Assembly (NCBI GenBank): GCA_022813965.1
Contig: JALDZS010000008.1
Location: 62,001-126,000, forward strand
DNA: 64,000 nt
Origin: Toensbergia leucococca
Taxonomy: Eukaryota
Direction of reading: 5' to 3'
Part shown: one piece after another, positions 21,169 to 34,645 of the stretch
How the letters are laid out: every line of letters starts with the position of its first letter
How positions within the stretch are numbered: position 1 is the first letter of the stretch
Notes under the pieces: generated by a model
Databases searched by the model: none
Told to the model about the DNA's origin: nothing
Seen by the model: the letters and a program-made list of their open reading frames with translations, nothing else
Translations under genes and position numbers: made by a program

Positions 21169-24100
21169 GTTTGGTGTCGATAAGGGCTCTCGTCTCCAAC
21201 TAATGAACAGATTTACGGAGATTCAAACGTCGATATGTTCATTTCGTCGTCATCTTTGCTGTGTTAATCCTTCGTATACTATCTTCCTAAATGACATCCT
21301 TCTTCTCTGCTAAATATCTTAAAGTATTGTGATTTTTTCAATATATCAGCGCTGCACGGTTGAGCGAGCTCGATTGGATGCTGCAGCTTCAAGAGCAGTA
21401 TCATGAAGACTACCTTGATGAGAAGAGGGATTATTCTGATCGAGTTCCTCACAATAGCCTAGATCAGATTGTTCAAACCAAAGCATCCCCTTGCAGTTTC
21501 TTTTGTGATCGAGTATTACTCTCAGTCTCACGTACATCTACTTTATTGAACAAAGTATCTTGAACGCACGCTACCAAGGATACGTATGTCGCAGAACTGA
21601 GAAGCTCCTCACCTTCGGAGAGGAGTAGTGGCCCTGTCCACGGCTAGTGTGAGGGCAACGAGATGCGCCTCAATTCTCTGAAGAGACAAGAGAATCTCCT
21701 CGCTGCGGTCCGGACGAGGAAGATGAGGTTGTTCAGCGAAAGGATGTCGTTGGGGAGAGGAGGGTTTTGCACAAAGCTTCGTTAAGGGGGGTCATCAGTA
21801 TCAGCAGTCTTAAGAAATGATTTAAAATGACAGTAAGTGACGCAATAGTCATATCATATTTCATCAACTCTGTGTTACTGATAGATGACAGTGTTGATAA
21901 ATGCTGTGCTTGAATATCACCGAGACTTCTTATACAAGCTCAGTCTCTGTTAATGACGCTTCATATTGAGCCTCTGCCTCTCTGATTATGATTCAATCAC
22001 AAGAATAATTATCAGAAGTCTTCTTTGATTGCGTATACGGGCAATCATACCTCCTTAGGCTCTGCCGGTGGCTTGAGCCCCATCAGAGTTAAGCATGACA
22101 TTGACGATGACTTGAATAACACGGTATTCTCCAGATGCTTTTGTCTCAGGCTGGCAGCGCGACATCCTGTGGAGATGGAGCTTGCTCGGCTTCTCTTTTG
22201 GGGAACGGGAGACGTGGACCATTCAAAATCGGGAAGTTCCAGCATAGCCAAGCGTCTCTTAGGTCTCCCTTCACCGGAGAAGCTCCCAAGTTGAGATGAA
22301 GGGTTAACGGATGCTTGCCAAGATGAAGGCTTGTTGGGGGCTTGATGGAACGAGGACTTAGTGGCGAGAGATCGAGACGGGGATCCATCATGTGGCGTTG
22401 AGGTGGGCCGTTGGGTTACTAGGGTAGGTGCTGGCGGAAGAAATAGTCTCGACCGAGCCTGGGCGGAGTGAAGGCCAGGGGCAGTCCCAGCGTTGGTAGG
22501 AGGAGGACGAGGGTATGTGGGAACGATGCATGCTTTGTGTCTCTTCATCAACCCTCAGGATCTACAAAGTTTTCTCGCGACGCAAACCTATCTTGTAATC
22601 TGATAATGCCGATGTCAATTTCAGCACTGAAGTCGAGGAGTTGAACTTTCGGAGAATGTGCTGATAAAACCTGCGAACTGATCTCGCTTTCAACATCAAA
22701 TGTTTGGCCAGTCTTTCTATTTGATTCGCACTCTTCGCCTCTGAGCATCTCAACGCTTGGCGCTTCCAAGTCTTGAATGACAACGGTGTGGCCCATGGTG
22801 ATCATCAGCTTCCCACCTGTGTTATCGGGGTCCCAAAACTGAGGGGTATGTCCTTGTACTCCCTCTTCCCCCATGATGTTTCTGCCTCCAACCGTGGCGT
22901 ATCTATAAGCTTGCAAGTCCTTATCCTAAATCCTCACAATTATTGGCTAGAAACTTTTTCCGAGTCATTCAAGTACTTCCTTCGTGATTAGTTTCACAAT
23001 GGAAGTTTGATGAGAATCTTGTGGCGTCCCGAGGCCGCTTTATCCAATTCCTATTACTTTCTGGTGTTTTATCCCTGGGCAGATACTCGGCTCATTTAAT
23101 GTTAATTATAAAGAGATGACATAGAAGAAGTTGAGGGTCATAGCCGTGGCCCATCCAGGGTCCACTTCATTGCGTTCGTGTTTGATTATTTGCCTCTGGA
23201 TGTCGATTCAGTGATTGATTTCCTCGATAGTCAGATCATTGCGGGCACCAAGGCAGGATGAACACGCGCGGACGACAAGAGAAGAGAGGAGGATCAAGGT
23301 GGCTATAATCTTAAACACGTTCCACCCCGCAAATGAGTCCTTCTACTCAAAATCACTTCTTCCTCGCCCGAAGGTATTGCTTCAACCCCTCGCTTCTTAA
23401 AGCTTTCAAAGCACTCAAGGCACCCCTAAACGCAGGCCCTCAACTCACAAAAATACCCTCAGCATCACCGAAAAATTAGTATCACAATCTTCACTTACTG
23501 ATTTCTTGAAGTCTGACTAGTCTATCATTTTCCCCTCCATTGTGTAAAGCCTTTGTCGAAGCGCCATGGCGGTCACCCACCCATGGTCTCCCTATTGAGC
23601 TATTTGCCATCTATGAGCCACTCAAAGATGATAGGCTTTTCAGCTTCCGTGACAATGGAATCATCGTGAATACTGAAAACAGGGCTTTTGAATGAAGATG
23701 ATAAGAGGGGCGAGGAGAGTAAGTATGGCGATCGTCCACCCAGCAACAGTAAAATTTAGCAGCCGTAAAAGTGTGGCCGTTCACTTTATTCACTTTTGTA
23801 GGCTTTGAACCCGGGGTCGTCAAGTTTTGCTCAATTGTGTGTATTCATTCTCTGAGAGGCGAACTGAGCTTTGAAAGTCTAAGAACCTCTGCAATGATCC
23901 TAATAAATATAGCTGTGAAAACAACAATTTTTGCTTGAGACCATTTGATGATGAGCCTCTTACCCATTCTGATGTCAAATAGTGGTTGATATTGAGGTCA
24001 GACAATTGTTCAGTGGTCTATCACTCAGTATAATGAACGTATTTGCGGTATTGTTGATAGATGAATGTTCTGACCTTGGTCAAGGAATTCACACCTTCTG

Positions 24101-25999
24101 TTAATAAACAACTTGAATTCATGATTGAGTCTTCTTCTCACTTGATATAGTCTTGAAAATCGGGCAAGGGATGGTTGAACGCAAGCGTTATACATGCTGT
24201 TCTGAGGGTATTCTCAGTGAATTTTGACGGTCCTTTTATTCTTCATTGATGAAAAACCTCGCATTAATTCTTCTAGTCTGTACAATACAAGCACCATATA
24301 TTCAGAGCTCAATCGCATGAAGCTTCCTCTAGGTCGAGTCGTTTCGCGCATCTTGAACAGCAGCAATGTTGAAGACGCAAGAGAGCCCTTGTGGTGCTGC
24401 TATTCTTCGCCTCGTATGATGAATTGGGCTATCAGATATTTGTGATCATTGCCACCTAGAAGCTTGATAGTAATGTCTTGATAGGCCAGGAATGGAAGCT
24501 TTTGTCACCCCAGGCTGAACTGGTAATACGCCCCGCATGACAGGGCTGCTAGCAACACAATGGCTAGCGTTTTTTGTGATTGTAGCATCCCGATCAAATA
24601 GTACCGTTGAGTAGAGCATCTTCAAACAAAGCAGTCGACAAGGCTTCTGACCATGACTGATTCAACTCATTCTCTTTCAATGTTTGGATCATTCGTCAGT
24701 CATCCTTGATGAACGAGCGTCCTGCGTCCGTATGTGTGATGTGATACATACGTGTTCGTGTTTGATTAATTTGAAACTCTCATGATGAAAATTAGACGCC
24801 CTAGACCCACTCCTCCGAGATTCAATTGCTCCTCTCGGTTCTTAGAGAGGCCCTTTCAACAAATTTAATGTGCCAAAAGAATCTGTTTGCGATGTGGTGA
24901 TATTTTCAAAGAATTGAGTGTTTTGCTTTCTCGAGTTCAATGAACCATATTCGTGTAATAAAGAATATGCATCAAAGAAGTTGGAATTGAAATGGGCCTT
25001 AAAGACGAGCTGTGCACAGGAATGAAATCTAAGTGTATGAGCACAGGGTGCACGGCGAAGGATAACCTCTGTGTTGAATGGTGTCTTAGTTCGCTGCATT
25101 CTTGTCCTTTTCAATGATGATAGTATTATTTATCCTGGTCGTCTCCAAGCTAGTGATTTGAGAATATATTAGGTTCGAATAAATATAATGGGCCTGAGAA
25201 TAAAAGGGCCTTCGTCTGATTAGACACTGAAAGATTGAGGGATATGAATACTTACCAACTGTTTCAAAATTGAGAAGTTCAGGTACCTTTATATATTTGA
25301 AAATCACTTGGGTGAAGCTTTGAGGCTATCAAGCGGTCATGATCATTTGAACTCTTATGGCATGGAATGACGTTCAATGAGTTACATTGCAAGCGTGTTC
25401 TTGTCCTGATAGAATAACTGGGGACATCTCTGGCAAAGTCGATCGTAGGGATCCACAGTTTAAAGATTCTCAGTGACGGTATTAATCTCAGTGACAATCG
25501 CTGCCGTTTCAAAATGTTAGCAGTCTAAGGTAAGGCATAGAAACAGCTCTGTGACCACCAGAAAGCACCCCTGTATTGAGGCAGGGTTCCAAAATATTGT
25601 TGAGATTTATGGAGTCCCTGATAGACACGAACACAATCATGAAGGCAAGAGCTTGTGACAATAATCTCAAATCCTGGTATTGTTGAGATCATGATACTTT
25701 ATCAGACATAGCTTCTGAAATCCTTTTTCAAGGGGAGAACATGAGGATTAGCACAAGTATTTATAATTTCTGTATGTTGAGCAAGAAAAGCACGCATCTT
25801 CAGCGCTGGGCATTGTCATCATAGCTAAGTAGCAAACTTGCATTAACATGATTCCTCATCTTGTACCACGACTTTTTTTCACCAAGGTCTATCTTTGAAA
25901 TCTTTGCTTAACTTAAGATGTACAGCTCAACAAATCATGTAAGCCGACAATTGAATCTGTACCTAGTCAGTCTTCTTGCGCCCTAAACTCAGCTAGGTT

Positions 26000-26458
26000 T
26001 CATACCATCTGAATGATCGGCCAGGCTTCCATATCGAAAGGTTTGTACCAGAGTTCAAAGCTCGCATCTTGAGTATCTTCACCAAGAGTATGTCCAAAGT
26101 CTCCAAATGTCTCGTTGTTGTCTTCTAATGCTTTCGAGGTCAGATCGTCGGCACTCTTCTTCACTTGACAAAGCGGGTCGACCTCCAATTTATTGTCCTG
26201 CCTATGGAATACGAGCTGTTTTTGCAATGCGTATCCTTTGGTAGCCTTTACTCCAAATGTCTTGTGATTATCGATGCTAGCCGGAATCATACGCGTAACA
26301 GTCTTGGAGAGGTTTGCTGGCGAAGAGCTCACAAAGCGCTTGCGAAGCGAAAGTCCAGTTGGTGGGGCGCCCAACTTCGCGACAGTGGCTAACAACGGCT
26401 TCATCTTGACTACAGGCTGCCTTTCAACAAAGTCAGCACTGCCCACAGTGGTCAACAC
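26000..26458 (-). CDS. Hypothetical protein or fragment
   Basis: 152-codon open frame with protein-like composition and no domain recognised. Confidence 0.25.
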   Translation of the reverse strand: MLTTVGSADFVERQPVVKMKPLLATVAKLGAPPTGLSLRKRFVSSSPANLSKTVTRMIPASIDNHKTFGVKATKGYALQKQLVFHRQDNKLEVDPLCQVKKSADDLTSKALEDNNETFGDFGHTLGEDTQDASFELWYKPFDMEAWPIIQMV

Positions 26459-27011
26459 CTAAGACTCACTGTGGTCGAGATTTAATCGAGTAATATCTGT
26501 CGGTCTTGATCCGATGACTACTCTGCACGAGGCCACGTTCTGTAGATGAGTATGTGGACGGTTTCTAGATGAGTAGGCTTCGATACATACGAGATGGTGC
26601 AAATGTGACGGTTGAGGCTTCATCTGCTCAGTATAAGAGATGGGAGTTCTTCAACATTCACGTTCAACTCGTTCATCCCTCAACACATTAATCCCTCAAC
26701 TCACTCATCCCAAGCCAGAGCCCATACAAGCACCGCACTGCCTCCTTTTACTATCCTCGTCAGTACCGAGCTCTGAAGACTCTGGAACTGTCAATAATTG
26801 TTGAGTGTACTCGCTTGTCTCCTCGGACCACTCGTTTCTGCTGCTCTCTATCACCCATTGTCTGCTCATTAATCCTATCTCGGAACAATTTTAATTTCTC
26901 ATCGTAGCTGGTCAAAGATGGGGCAGATCTTTTCATTGATATATCGTCTAAGCAGAAGAGTTCGTTCATGTGTGGGATAAATTCATCTGCATGTTTTCAC
27001 ACATCTAACAG

Positions 27012-28770
27012 ATTGGAATGACAATGATTCCTTTTTCCAGTACACAAATGGCCGCTGGCTTTTCGCGAGAGCGAGCAGCTCTCCTGCCGACGAGTTTGAT
27101 TCGATATGAATGAGCTAGCGCGCATTGCGACCCTCACCGTAAGCTCAACGTCTTGTGTTGAAGTCCAGAAATTACCAGAGGGAAATTTCAACAAGACTTT
27201 CCTCCTGACTATGAACGATGGGAAGCAAATCGTGGCCAGAGTTCCGAACCCCAACGCTGGTATATCTCATTATACTACCGCCAGTGAGGTTGCAACCATT
27301 TAATTCGTAATCAAGCAATCCATTGTAAGCTTCAACAATTCTGTGGGCTAACGCATGACCAGGCCAAGGATATGTGCGGACTGCCTGTACCCAAAGTATG
27401 TGCGTGGAGCTCTCGGGCCACGGAAAACACTGTTGGTTCCGAGTACATCATCATGGAGAAAGTCAACGGAGTAGAGCTCAGCCAGAAATGGCCTAAGATG
27501 AGCTTACACGCTAAATTCGAACTAGCCAGAGCTATCACCAGTCTTGATCAAGCATTCGTACGCAATGCCTTCACATCGATTGGTAGCATCTAGTACGCTG
27601 AGGACCTTGGCGACCTACCTCAATCAAGGCAATTGTTTGCAGAAGCACAACTAGACAGCTCAGAGTTCGCAATATTCGCTATCGGACCTATCACTAGCCG
27701 TCGCTTCTTGACTGGCGGACGGGGATCTATTGACGTTGACAGAGGACCTTGTAAGACATGAAGAGAGCTTTCCGTTACGCAGAAATTCTAATTAGAGCAT
27801 TTTAGGGCACACGACCGAAGATTATATCACGACCATAGGTCTTCGGGAAAAGAAGTGCATTGAAGAGCTCGATCGTCATCCTCAACCAGAAGGGTTTCTC
27901 GGCGGCCCAGGCTTTTATCAACCCACTGCCGAGGCAAAGCTTTCAGTCTTAGATGATTACTTCAAGGTAGTCAAATACCTTGTCCCTCCACAACCTTCAG
28001 TCCTGGCTCCTACCCTATGGTACGGCGACTTGCACCTGGGAAATATCTTCGTAGACCCTCAGGATCCAACCCAGATCGTCGGAATTATAGACTGGCAATC
28101 CGCACATGTGGCCCCTCTCTTCCAACAAGTTCACTACCCATCGATCGTTGACTTCGCGGGAGCAAAATCCGCAGAGGGGCTAATACTCCCTATCCTCCCC
28201 GAGAACTACGAAACGCTGACGCCTCCCGAGCAAGAAAGCGCAGAGATCCTCCGTGGTCAACAACTCCTCTACAAAGTCTACTCAGTTAAGTCCGCGCGCT
28301 TCAACAGACCAGTCTACAACACTCTCCAACACCCAAAAAGCCCTCCGCTGCCAAATAATTGCCCTCATCACAGGCGTCATCCTCAATGACGGCGAAGCCG
28401 TCCTCAAAGGCCACCTTATACAGCTCGCGCGCGAATGGGATAAAAGTCGTCGAACCTGATAGTCCACCTTGCCCCTTGAAATACTCAGATGAAGATGTAA
28501 TCGCCAACAATCTTGAACGTGGCCAAGTGGGCGGAGGGTATGACGCTGATAGATCAAGTATTGGAGGGCCCCTCGGCGGAGCTAGCCAAAGTTGGGACGG
28601 CTGGATCGATCCACGACAATTATGATTGCGTGAAGGAGAAGCTAGGGATTTTGCGCGAGCCGCTTCTTGGATGAGATGGCGAAATACGGAAGAGGAAGAG
28701 GGCGCAGTGGGCGGAAAGCCTGGCCGTTTGGAGATGAGGCCCATTTTCCGGAGATGAGCCGAGTAAGGAG
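27012..28770 (+). pseudogene. Aminoglycoside-phosphotransferase-like (APH / AIM9-like) kinase pseudogene
   Basis: Motifs FQYTNGRWL, EGNFNKTFLL, TASEVAT, LPVPKV, EYIIMEKV, LWYGDLHLGNIFV, IIDWQ and terminal WPF. Disrupted by a frameshift at ~27062, stops at 27097, 27301 and 27591, and further frameshifts at ~28330-28620. Confidence 0.9.
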
Positions 28771-29372
28771 CTGTTTCCCACTTTTTGTGGGGTGGGGGGG
28801 GTAATAGAGAATTGAGGTTGGAGAAATCGGTGGAGATGTGCTGTAGAACAAAACACATGCGCATCATATAAATAATAATGTACCAGCCCATATTGAAGGG
28901 GGATTGATGGTGAGGCAGGATGGGATTTTTCATTAGGAAAACACCTACCACAGAGAAAGAGGCATTTGCAAAGAAAATGCGTGTTATAAGCCCCCCTACC
29001 TTCCCCTAAGCCATCCTTTTCCGTCTCAACAGCGTCGCAATTCACTCTGACCCTCTGAAAAAAGAAGAAGAAGAAGAGAGTACAATCACAAGCACAAGCA
29101 CTACCAACAGGAGAAAAAAAAAGAATCATCTCCAGTCCACTCCAAAAAAAAAATAACATTAACAATTTTTAATTACAGAGAGAGCCTAGGGTATGTAAGG
29201 GCTACAACCAAAAAACAACAACAACAAAAAATAACGAGGGTGACAGCCTCCAAGCCACCTAGGTATAACGAATGCCACATAATCTTACCCCCTCTCCTCA
29301 TCGGCCTAAAAGAAGAAATCACAACCCTCAACCGCGGTCCCCAGCCAGCATCCCCCCCAAAAGACATAGGTA

Positions 29373-32300
29373 TTATGATTTAGAGGTAAGGTAATCCGCA
29401 GCCTGAGAAGAAGAAGAAAACAAAGTCAGTATCATTGTCGTTGCTAAACCAAAAAGAGTGCATACACAGGAAGAAGGAGAAAAGGGGGGGGAAAACGCAC
29501 CTTGTCAATATTATAATCAAACTTTTCCAACGCATCCAAACTCTCGTCTCTCGGATAACCCATGCCTGTCAGCCTCTTCAATATAGGATCGTCATGCTCG
29601 TTTCCCATACTAATTCCTCTGTTCAACGACGGTTTAGCTGTCCCGAGAGTTGTACCTGAAGATGATGACGCCGCCCCCGTCAACCCTGAAAGTTGCGGGG
29701 CCTCTTTTCCCGAAGGGTTGAAGTTTACTTTTGAGGGTAACGTTGGCTGGACGTCGTTGGTATGCGAGGTGTCGAGGCCGGAGAAAATGGAATCCCAGTC
29801 ATGTGACGTGTTCGCAGGGGATTGAAGCGGTGGTTGACGAGAATTGGGCCCTTGAGCTGAGCCGGTAACGCTGGATTCAAAGTCATGGAAGCCGTTGTCT
29901 GTGGGGAGCGTGCTGCTGGGGGATTGGTTTATAGGCTTAGATGGGGCGGGAGAATCAAATACGGGATTAAATTCGTCAAAGGGATCTTTATGGGAAGTAG
30001 CAAAGTCGTCGCCGCCTTTCTCATCAGCTTCCTTGGCTTCGGAGAGATCGCCAAATTCATCGTCGAAATCGTCAAGATCTGTTTTGGGTGCTGATTGTGC
30101 TTGGGGCTGTTCGACATGCGGTGGATCCTTGTTGTAAGCGTATGGTGCCGCGGTGGCACCAGGGGCCATTGGCATTTGAGATGGTGAGATCGTATTTCCG
30201 GCAGTCGCACGCTCTGCTGCGTCATTGTGACCGAATAAGTTCGAGCCCTTTGTACCATTCATAGGTGAGGTGATGGGGTTGAGTGGCCCATCTTGGCTGG
30301 GTGGTGGCGAGGTTGGGTCTTCCCGCGATGGCAGCAAGCCAGTATACTCTGCCGGAAATTGGTTTGAACCCTTACGCCCATCCAACCCACCGAACGGAGA
30401 AGAGACCGTCTGGTCATAGGTGGGCGGCGATTTTTGAGCGCCAGGTGTTGGCAATTGACTAGCGTCCGATGCGGTTGTCGTCAATGCAGGACGAGACGGG
30501 GCCAAATTATCCATATCACTACCCCCAACACCAGGCGTATATGATTGCTGACTCTCCTTCTGATTCGACACAGCCCGTTTCCGACGTGGCGAAGCAGCCG
30601 TGAAGTTATCATCGAATCCGACATCGCTATCGCTGTCGCTTTCTTCGTCGGCACCAAATTCGTGAATTGGAGGAAATTCTCTAGGAGCTCTAGCCTTTTC
30701 TTCGCCATCTTGAGGGCTGTCAATAGCATCTCCGTTACTGCGTACCGTCGCTTTGTCTGTATCACCAAACCCTGCAAAAGCAGCATCAAAATCTTCTTTT
30801 GGACTGCGTACATTTTCGCTAGTCCTAGGGAAAGAATCATTATGGCTACTTAGCTGATCGTTAGGATGCACATCAGGTGATTTGGAAGTAGACCTCGAAG
30901 GCTCATATGCAAAGGACTTTGCTTCCACAGATGGGGTAGCCTCATCCCCAGGAAAACTGCCAGGAAGGGAACCTCTGGGTTGTCCAAAGGATTGATAGAG
31001 CTGACTCTGTGGGCTGCTTTCAAACGAAGGTTGCTGTCGTTGATTAATAAAACTCGAAGTAGATGGGGCCCGCTGGGAAGGAGAAAATGATGAATCAGCG
31101 CCTCCTCTGGTAGGCTCATCCGTGGAATCGTGCTGTAGAGTGGGACTATCATCTTTTGAGGCATCAGAACTACGCATCTGTCTGTTAACAGGGGTGTCAA
31201 CCCCGCTGCTCTCGCCGAACCGACTTGTCGGCGGAGTGACTCTGACTGACGAGCTGGCTGAGCCAGAACGCTGCACATTATTCCTGAGAGGCAAGAAGCT
31301 TGAGGTAATCTGTCTAGACTGAGGGGGGGGGGGAGGCGCAACAACTTCGGAGGAATCGTGGTAGGTAGAGGTGGCCGGAGAGTCAGAGGGTGTTGGGACA
31401 TCGAGTTCTTCTGATGATCGCACCGATTGAACAGATGGTACCGGTGGCTGAGATATCCCGCGAGAGTGAATTGAGGACTCATTTCTAGACGACATGGGAG
31501 GAGGCCCTGAAGATTGGGCAGAAGATGTATCAGAGGGCCCGAAGAAACTATCAAAAGCGGTGTGGTTAGGCGAGACCACAGCTTGTGTTGCGAAGGGTGA
31601 TTGGAGGGCCGATTTCTCTGAGGCCGCAGTAGGCGGTCGACGAAAGAACGGGTTCATGCTTGTGGTGGACCCTCCGGGACTTGAAACGATAGTAGGACTC
31701 TGAACTTGAGATACGGCGTGTAGGCTGCGCTCACTCTCATCGACCTCTCGCGTCGCATCACTCAGTTCCTTCGAAGCACTATCCAATTCACCCTTAAGCT
31801 TGTCTCGTTCTCCTTCAATCGTAGCTAGTTGTTTCCTATTGATAGCCACTAAGCCTTTCTGCTGCCGGGCGTCAGATCTCAACTTCTCCAACTGTGGCTT
31901 CAATCCTCCAATCTCAGTATTAATTTGACTAATCCGTTCTTTCAGATTCGCGTTCTCCTTTCGGTCCATATCTAATGCCCCAGCAACCTGTTGATGCTGA
32001 TTTGAAAGATCTTGGTGGGTGCCTTCAATCATCGCCATATCCTGTTGTAGCTTTTTGGTTTCGCTCTTCGAAGAAGTCAGTCGTTCTTCGAGTACCTTGA
32101 CTTCCCGCACCTCCTGCTCATATGCGGATCGTAAATGAGTTAGTCTAGCCTCAAAGTCTCGCTTCTGTGAATTCACCTGAGACAGATCTTGTTGGGTTGA
32201 TGTCCTTTTGGACTTTACATCCTGCATCTGGCCCGTCAGGTTGCTGACTTGATTCGATAAATTAGCCAGTTCGGACGTTTCTTTGGTAAGTCTATTGCTG

Positions 32301-34026
32301 ATTTCGGGGTCGTTGTCACCTAGTAGATCATCCATAGCAGCAGGTTGCTTTTGTTGAGCTCTTGTTGGCGGCGAAGCAGTTGCATTACTTGAATTTCCTG
32401 TCGCTTGGGGTGTCATTATGGTCTGCCCAAAAGACGAAGATGGTACAAACGGCTTGAAGACTGACGACTGCGGCTGCGACGAGGAGGGTTGTTGCAAGGG
32501 TGGAGATCGTGGAGAATGTTGCATGTAATTTGTGGAATCACCGGTAGATTGGGGAACCTGTGGCGACGGGGACGCAAGTACATCGAGACCAAACAGATCC
32601 TCGGATGCTGACTTGGGCGCCGTTATGTTGGCAGCGTTGTCAAACGCAGGAGCAGTGGGTTGTTGAGGAGCTATGGGTTGTCGACGCATACTTGGCGGTA
32701 TCAGGTTCGGCGGTAAGGTTTGAGGTAAGACACCTCGCCCATCTTTCTTGGCACGTTGCTGTCGAATGAGAAACATAGCTACTGCGAACTCATCCGTGTT
32801 CAACTGACCCTCGGAATTAATATCTGCCAAATCCCAGATCTGGGCGAGGATGTCCTCGGGAAGCCTAGAATTACTGAAGAAACCAACAGCCTGATCTCCT
32901 GTAATGAAGCCTCTGTGATCCGTATCCACAGTAGCAAAGAACTGATCAAATTGGGCTTTGTCCTGAGGACTGATCGCCCAGTCAATTGCAGTAGGACCAA
33001 CAGACGACGGCGTGGTTCCAAATGATGATCTATTCATGGGGCTTGATGTCCTCTGGGGTCCTGCTCCGCTAAATTGTCTTGGGATGGCAGATCCTGACAT
33101 GACATCAGAACTCGGTCGTGATCCTGTCATTTGTCGAAGAGGCCCTCCGCGTCGGGCCGCTGCTTCGTAAAGACCCGCGGGGAGTATTTGTGGAAGAGCA
33201 CGTAGTGCCCCGCTTTTGTATGATGCTAAGAGATGCATAGCAATTATGAATTCAGTCAATCCTAGCGCGCCTTTTTGCTCGGTATCGGCGAGATTCCATA
33301 TTCGCCCAAGAACGTCATTGGGGAGCTGCGCCCGCTCAAATATCTGCTTGGCCGTCTCACCTACAGTGCGATAAGCATCAGCTCAGTCTCTTCGAGGTTT
33401 TGAATGAACTCAGATCATACCAGAGAGTAAACCATTGCTAGCTCCTGACTCCTCAAATAAAGAGGAGTACTGATTTACCTTGTCGGCTGTCAACGGAGGT
33501 ACTCGAATTGGGCCACCACTAGGTTGAGGTTGTAGAGGTCCCGAAGTAGGACTGGGCGGTGGATTTGGGCGCCCTGTAATCCCATCGAATTTGGGCAACG
33601 GTCCACCAGCTGTGGCAAGTCAATCACCTGCCCTGTCCAGTGGGGTGAGAGTACTCACGTTTCAAGGCAAGCTCTGCTGAGATTTGGCGTCCTCCTTGAG
33701 CGTATCCAATCAACCGTAGCACCACGCCAAAACCAGCGGGCGTCAATAGTCCTCGGTTTTCACGGTCTGCAATTTGCCAGATCTCTCCTAGGACAGAGGG
33801 CGACAATCCTGTCTTTTCAAAAAACTTTACAGCCACCTCTCCAGTGATAACGCCAAGGTTCTCGGTGTCGGCAGCGGAGAAGAGCTGTCCAAAGACACGT
33901 CTTTCCTCTGAGCTCAAGTGTAGGTTAGGATGTTCTAAGGTTGTAAAAAGCAATTAGCCAGGTCTACAACTGGCTGACAGTGTGGTTGCCCTCACTCTGG
34001 TCCAATCCGCCTGAGCCATCAGCCAT
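29373..34026 (-). CDS. EDE1: EH-domain / coiled-coil / UBA endocytic scaffold Ede1 (Eps15-like), 5 exons
   Basis: Three EH domains (LGEIWQIAD, LGRIWNLAD, LAQIWDLAD), a central coiled coil, NPF and DPF motifs, and a C-terminal UBA (LTGMGYPRDESLDALEKFDYNIDK/AADYL). ATG at 34026; last exon ends at TAA 29373. Confidence 0.95.
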
Positions 34027-34645
34027 TTTGTCGACCTGCGGTGACAAATTTTGGTCGAGGAGTTCCAATCGATAGTGATTTAATAGCTTTGCTTTGAGGG
34101 GTGAGGTGATAGCTAACACGGAACGTCGGATTGAATGACTGGAGGATCAACATGAGGATGTAATCAAGCTCCCTCCGCGTGGATCGGATCATCAAGCTTC
34201 CGCCAACCCAAATGGGAAGCACCCTGTCATTTCAATACCTCTAAAAACAGCCTCATGTATCCGTACGGATAATGTAATATATTTACGTAGTCTTAGAGCA
34301 TGAGCTCAAACATATTGAATCACTTCAACTGTTGTATTACTATGTACTGAACAAGTGATTAACGCAATATCATCAAACAGTCAAGTCAATCGACCAAGAT
34401 TCTGAACATTCCCCTAGTCAACGGAGGAATATTTTCAAAAAGGGACCAGGTTAGATTGGCTGTATTTCAAGCAATATTCAAGCTGTTCAGCGTGTCTTGT
34501 GCAGTCTTCAATCCCAAAAGAGAGAATTCCATGCCAAGGTATCTTCCTGTTCCCGCCGCTTGATATCATTCCCACACGTAGCAAGATCGTTATATTCGTT
34601 CATCATCTTATCCGTCCAGATCCGTACCCATATCTAATTCCCACT

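Noticed and set aside
22045..22916. Abutting minus-strand ORFs 22548-22916 and 22045-22551
   Set aside because: No recognisable motif or splice structure; cannot be supported as a gene beyond being part of the decayed island.
23800..23825. GGGTTCAAA on the minus strand as a tRNA T-loop
   Set aside because: No complementary T-stem or cloverleaf around it.
24045..24075. VLLIDECS as the Walker B of a PIF1/Helitron helicase
   Set aside because: No Walker A or other helicase motif nearby, and the frame closes within a few codons.
27591..27593. Premature TAG (and the TGA at 51975) as A-to-I-editing-corrected stops
   Set aside because: The family residue at 27591 is normally Tyr, not Trp. Both genes also carry frameshifts and other stops that editing cannot fix.
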